Shown here piece by piece: positions 60,311 through 64,000 of a stretch of 64,000 nt of DNA (position 1 is its first letter; every line of letters begins with the position of its first letter). The position numbers and the translations under genes were made by a program. The notes under the pieces were generated by a model. It made no database searches. It saw nothing but the letters and a program-made list of their open reading frames with translations, and was not told the origin of the DNA. The stretch comes from Lytechinus pictus (taxonomy: Eukaryota), in NCBI RefSeq assembly GCF_037042905.1, contig NC_087252.1, forward strand, positions 21,268,001 through 21,332,000. The letters run 5' to 3'.

Positions 60311-60578
60311 ATGGTATTGATGGTAGAGAATCTAGAATCACAGTAATTTGTTCTAGATGTTGGTATTGTGTACAAAACAAATGATGCACAGGTTGGAGTG
60401 TGTAATTGGTGGTATGGCACACTCAGGTTTTTACGTGCACGATACACCAGCCGAGTTTTTCGCACAGGATTTTGAATACCATAGCTCTATCACAAGTACT
60501 ACCGAACATTTAATCGCGTACAATAATTTTTTTAAAGTAGATAAGCGCTACAAGTTATAGGCTATGTAGGTTTCTTAA

Positions 60579-61179
60579 AGGGGAATCCAGCCTTGGCCAT
60601 TAAATGTTGTGTTGGGAAGGAGAAAAATAAATTAAACAGAATGGTGAAAGTTTGAAAGAAATCAGACAAGCAATAAGAAAGTTATAGCTGCTTTAAAATT
60701 GAGATCACTAATACTATGTAGATTTCAAATTGGCAACTGGATAAGTAAATTATGACAAAGGGCAAGGACAACTTTCCCATAGGCCATGTACTTTATTATC
60801 AAGGATTAGTGGTTTTCTCCTAAGTACCCATTCTCCTGGGGCAGTAATCTAAATATAACCCAGGTAGTATATTGTTTTATGTCCTCATGAAAGAAAAATA
60901 TTAATTTGAAATAAAACTTTTGGGAAAAAAAAAATCACATTTTCGCCATAATAGGAATTGGAGTACATGGAAGAGTAGTCCTTGCCTTACATCACCATGA
61001 CATCCCATATGCAGCCAATTTAAAGTCTCCATGGGTACAGTGATTACCAATATTTACAACTTTTAAAAATTCATAACTTTCTTGTTGTTTGTCCAATATT
61101 GTTCAAACTTTCACCTATCAACTTGTCTGATTTTTCTTTTCCTTATAAAAACAATTTTTTATTTGGGTTGGATTCCCCT
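60579..61179. mobile_element. Kolobok-like MITE, TTAA TSD
   Basis: TTAA|AGGGGAATCCA...TGGATTCCCCT|TTAA, with subterminal IRs. Confidence 0.88.
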
Positions 61180-61448
61180 TTAAATCCCACAAAAATTCAG
61201 CGATTAGGGCATAGTCGAATATGAAAGTTTTAAGCCTAAAATAATTATGAAGTGGAGGTCCGGTGAGGAAGATAAAAGTAAAACTTTATTCTATATATTT
61301 GATAAATCTTGCAAGTATGCATTAAAATTTACTTTTTATTTAGGTGCTCAAGAAAATGCATGTATCAGACTAGTTTTCAACCATGGGATAGGCTGAAAAT
61401 ATAAATATGTAACATTTGTCTGGTAGGTGCTCAAATTGCCCTTATTAA

Positions 61449-61945
61449 AGGGGAAGTTCACCCTGACAAAAAGTTTATTGTAAAAATAGCAGAAAAAATA
61501 ATAAAAAATATTGCCGAAGGTTTGAGAAAAATTCATCAAATAATCAAAAAGTTATTAGAATTTCAATTATTTGATTTGTGACATCATATGCGAGCAGCAT
61601 TCCTACATAGCGAATGGTAAAAAATCAATGAAATGTCATTTTCTCAGAAAATTGAAAATAGTTTTCACTGTACCTTTTGTATATCAATAGACAAATCATT
61701 TCACACCCGATCATGAATAGAAAACAAAATTAAGTCATCAGGAACCATACAAATTTTGAAATTCATGCATTTTATATTACATAACACATGAGGCAGCTGC
61801 TCGTTTATGACGTCACAAATCCAAAACTTTGAACTCTAATAACTTTCTTACTCTTTAACGGATTTTCCTCAAACCTTCGGCAATATTTTTTATTATTTTT
61901 TCTGCTATTTTTACAACAAAGTTTTCTTCAGGGTGAACTTCCCCT
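61449..61945. mobile_element. Kolobok-like MITE with ~100-bp TIRs, TTAA TSD
   Basis: TTAA|AGGGGAAGTTCACCCTGA...TCAGGGTGAACTTCCCCT|TTAA, with near-perfect long IRs. Confidence 0.92.
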
Positions 61946-62784
61946 TTAAAAGAAAAAGGTGGTACTTGATATGCTTTAATAATTTGAACATTATAAAGAT
62001 GTATATTGTAGCTCTAGAACAGACCGCACAACTATTCACCCAATTTTTACACTATAGACGGCTTTATTCATTAATCAAGTAATTATACCCATTCATATTT
62101 CAATATGTATGATATATGAATAATAATAATAATAATAATAGTACAGTTCTTAAATACGCATAACACCTACAGGTCTATATGCGCGAGGAAAGCGAGAAAT
62201 GTGGTTAGAATTGTAAATTTAAATATTAGACATCAAATAATTATACATAACATCAAAGATTATTAAACATGGATTGGACCTACATGCGACTAAGTTAAAC
62301 ATTCTGAAAAGAGGTGGGTTTTTAATTGTACTTTGAATTTCTCAAGCCGGGTAATATTTCGTAATGTCGGTGGTAGAGAATTCCATGAATGGTTTTGTTT
62401 GTTTTATTTACCGGATAACAAAATATATTGTTTAATCATTCCAACATTGTGAAACAGTTGAACGTATCAGTGTTTGATTCCAACCATAATGATATTTATA
62501 CTTGCTTATATAGGACTAAACACTAACATTAAATTCTATCCACTCTTGAGTACTATCATGGCCTGTTTTTTGTCTGTATTTTTTGTATTTATTTCCATAT
62601 AAAAATAAAATATATACATGCTCAATTTAACATTTCGTACAGATCATATGGAAGATGGCCCATTTCAGTGGTATTCATAAAATACCACTGTTCTTCCATG
62701 GGGTCCTTTAAAACATAAATACATGCATATAAAACAAATATACAAAAATATACACAAAACTGCGTTTTTTTAATAAAAATTCTT

Positions 62785-62930
62785 GCAAGGTCCCATTTAA
62801 CCTCACCTAGGTTGAGTGCAGCACAATGTGGATGATTTTCCTGCTGGGTGAAATTACTCGATGACCGGGATTTGAACCAACGACCCTCTTTTTCGAAGTC
62901 CGGAGACCAATCCGCTAGGCCACAGTGTTC
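62785..62930 (-). mobile_element. tRNA-derived SINE 5' part
   Basis: Minus-strand A box TGGCCTAGCGG and B box GGTTCAAATCCC, followed by the core GCACTCAACCTAGGTGAGG. Confidence 0.75.
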
Positions 62931-63330
62931 CACGCATATCTTTTGTCTATATTCTCTTGTCATTATCATATAATTGTCACAATCATAATTTGATCAGTTA
63001 TGCTGCATGTTTATTACTATTTTTGTAAGGTTCTATTTTGATACAACAATAAATGCAGAAGCTGCGAGAATGCACTAATAGTAATCGTCAATTATTATTA
63101 ATCACATTACATATGGTTGTCAATACATTGAAAATCCTTTTAATAAGTTATGTCTTATGAAGGGGAATGCTCCCGAAATTATTACAAATACAAAAGAAAG
63201 AAAAAATCCATTGAGATTAAGGGATTCTCTAAGACTAACTTCATCTAGATAATGGTTAAATCGATATTTGATCATCGTTAATACCACTCTGCTAATATTT
63301 CCAACCTTATCTAGTGTTTTTAGTTAGATG

Positions 63331-63440
63331 CAGTGTGACCAGACGTCCCGTATTTCCCGGGATCGTCTCGTATTTTGCTCCTTTGTCCCGGCGTCCCGAC
63401 AAACCCTTCCCGGGACGCCTATTTGTCCCGTATTTCAGAA
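63331..63440 (+). mobile_element. Left end of a hAT-like element (other end not seen)
   Basis: CAGTGTGACCAGACGTCCCG terminus with repeated subterminal GTCCCG motifs. Confidence 0.5.
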
Positions 63441-64000
63441 TATTGAACAACATATAATTAATACATAGAAAAGTGAAGAATTTTCATCAAATAACCAACA
63501 GATGACGAAGCAGAGAGAACAATAAAATAAACTTTTGCAAGTTCTGTTGTGTGTGTGTGTGGCAGGAGATACTAGCTAAGCATGTATAGGATCGGAGTAG
63601 ATTCTCAATGGTGCAAACAAACTCACATGATAAACAGTTTTCCACTAAAATAATCACAAAATTGACTGGAAATTTTCATAATTATATTATGGATTCTCGG
63701 ATTACTGATTTTATGATGTAATCGGATGAGCAAGTTGTTGAGTTTTCATAACTAGATCTAGTTGTTTCAGCTTTGGTTTTGAGTCTTGTGATCGGTTCGA
63801 AGGTACTTGTATAATGGTATGAGAGATGCTTGTGTGTGGTGCCGCGATGTTAAGTTTGGCAATGTTTCACTTTTAAGTTTTATTCATTTCTACAACATTT
63901 TAGTTTTTTTATCTTTAAAATATATTCTAAAAAACCCAAATATCATTAAGATTTTTGTTACAAATAGATGAATGGATTTTTTTGGGGTTTGCTTGAAGTT

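Noticed and set aside
62855..62930. tRNA gene
   Set aside because: A and B boxes are present, but the sequence continues into a SINE core and I cannot fold a convincing cloverleaf.

Overview
AT-rich, repeat-rich animal DNA. The repeat repertoire suggests a sea urchin or other echinoderm (inference). The window has two parts. (1) 1-31718 is a head-to-tail array of a near-identical ~4.46-kb DNA transposon, interrupted by a 200-N gap at 10201-10400 and running off the left edge. Each unit carries a 674-aa DDE transposase (minus strand; Kolobok/Mutator-like D, TDxD, CxxH, E motifs) and a convergent ~144-aa His-Cys-box (I-PpoI-like His-Me finger) endonuclease. Units are separated by a single 465-bp long direct repeat bounded by imperfect 16-bp inverted repeats (AGG...CCT), and the array ends exactly at the end of one such repeat. 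This matches my recollection of KolobokP-type elements, here amplified as a tandem array. (2) 31719-64000 is a TE-rich region containing a small, fast-evolving family of intronless type-I membrane genes. One has an Ig domain and duplicated ITAM/ITIM-like tyrosine motifs, one has an internally deleted Ig domain, one is a mucin-like paralogue with about 38 x 78-bp repeats and no tail, and one is a signal-peptide-only remnant. The region also holds L2/CR1-group LINE fragments, two solo LTRs, TTAA-flanked and hAT-type MITEs, SINE fragments and a minisatellite.
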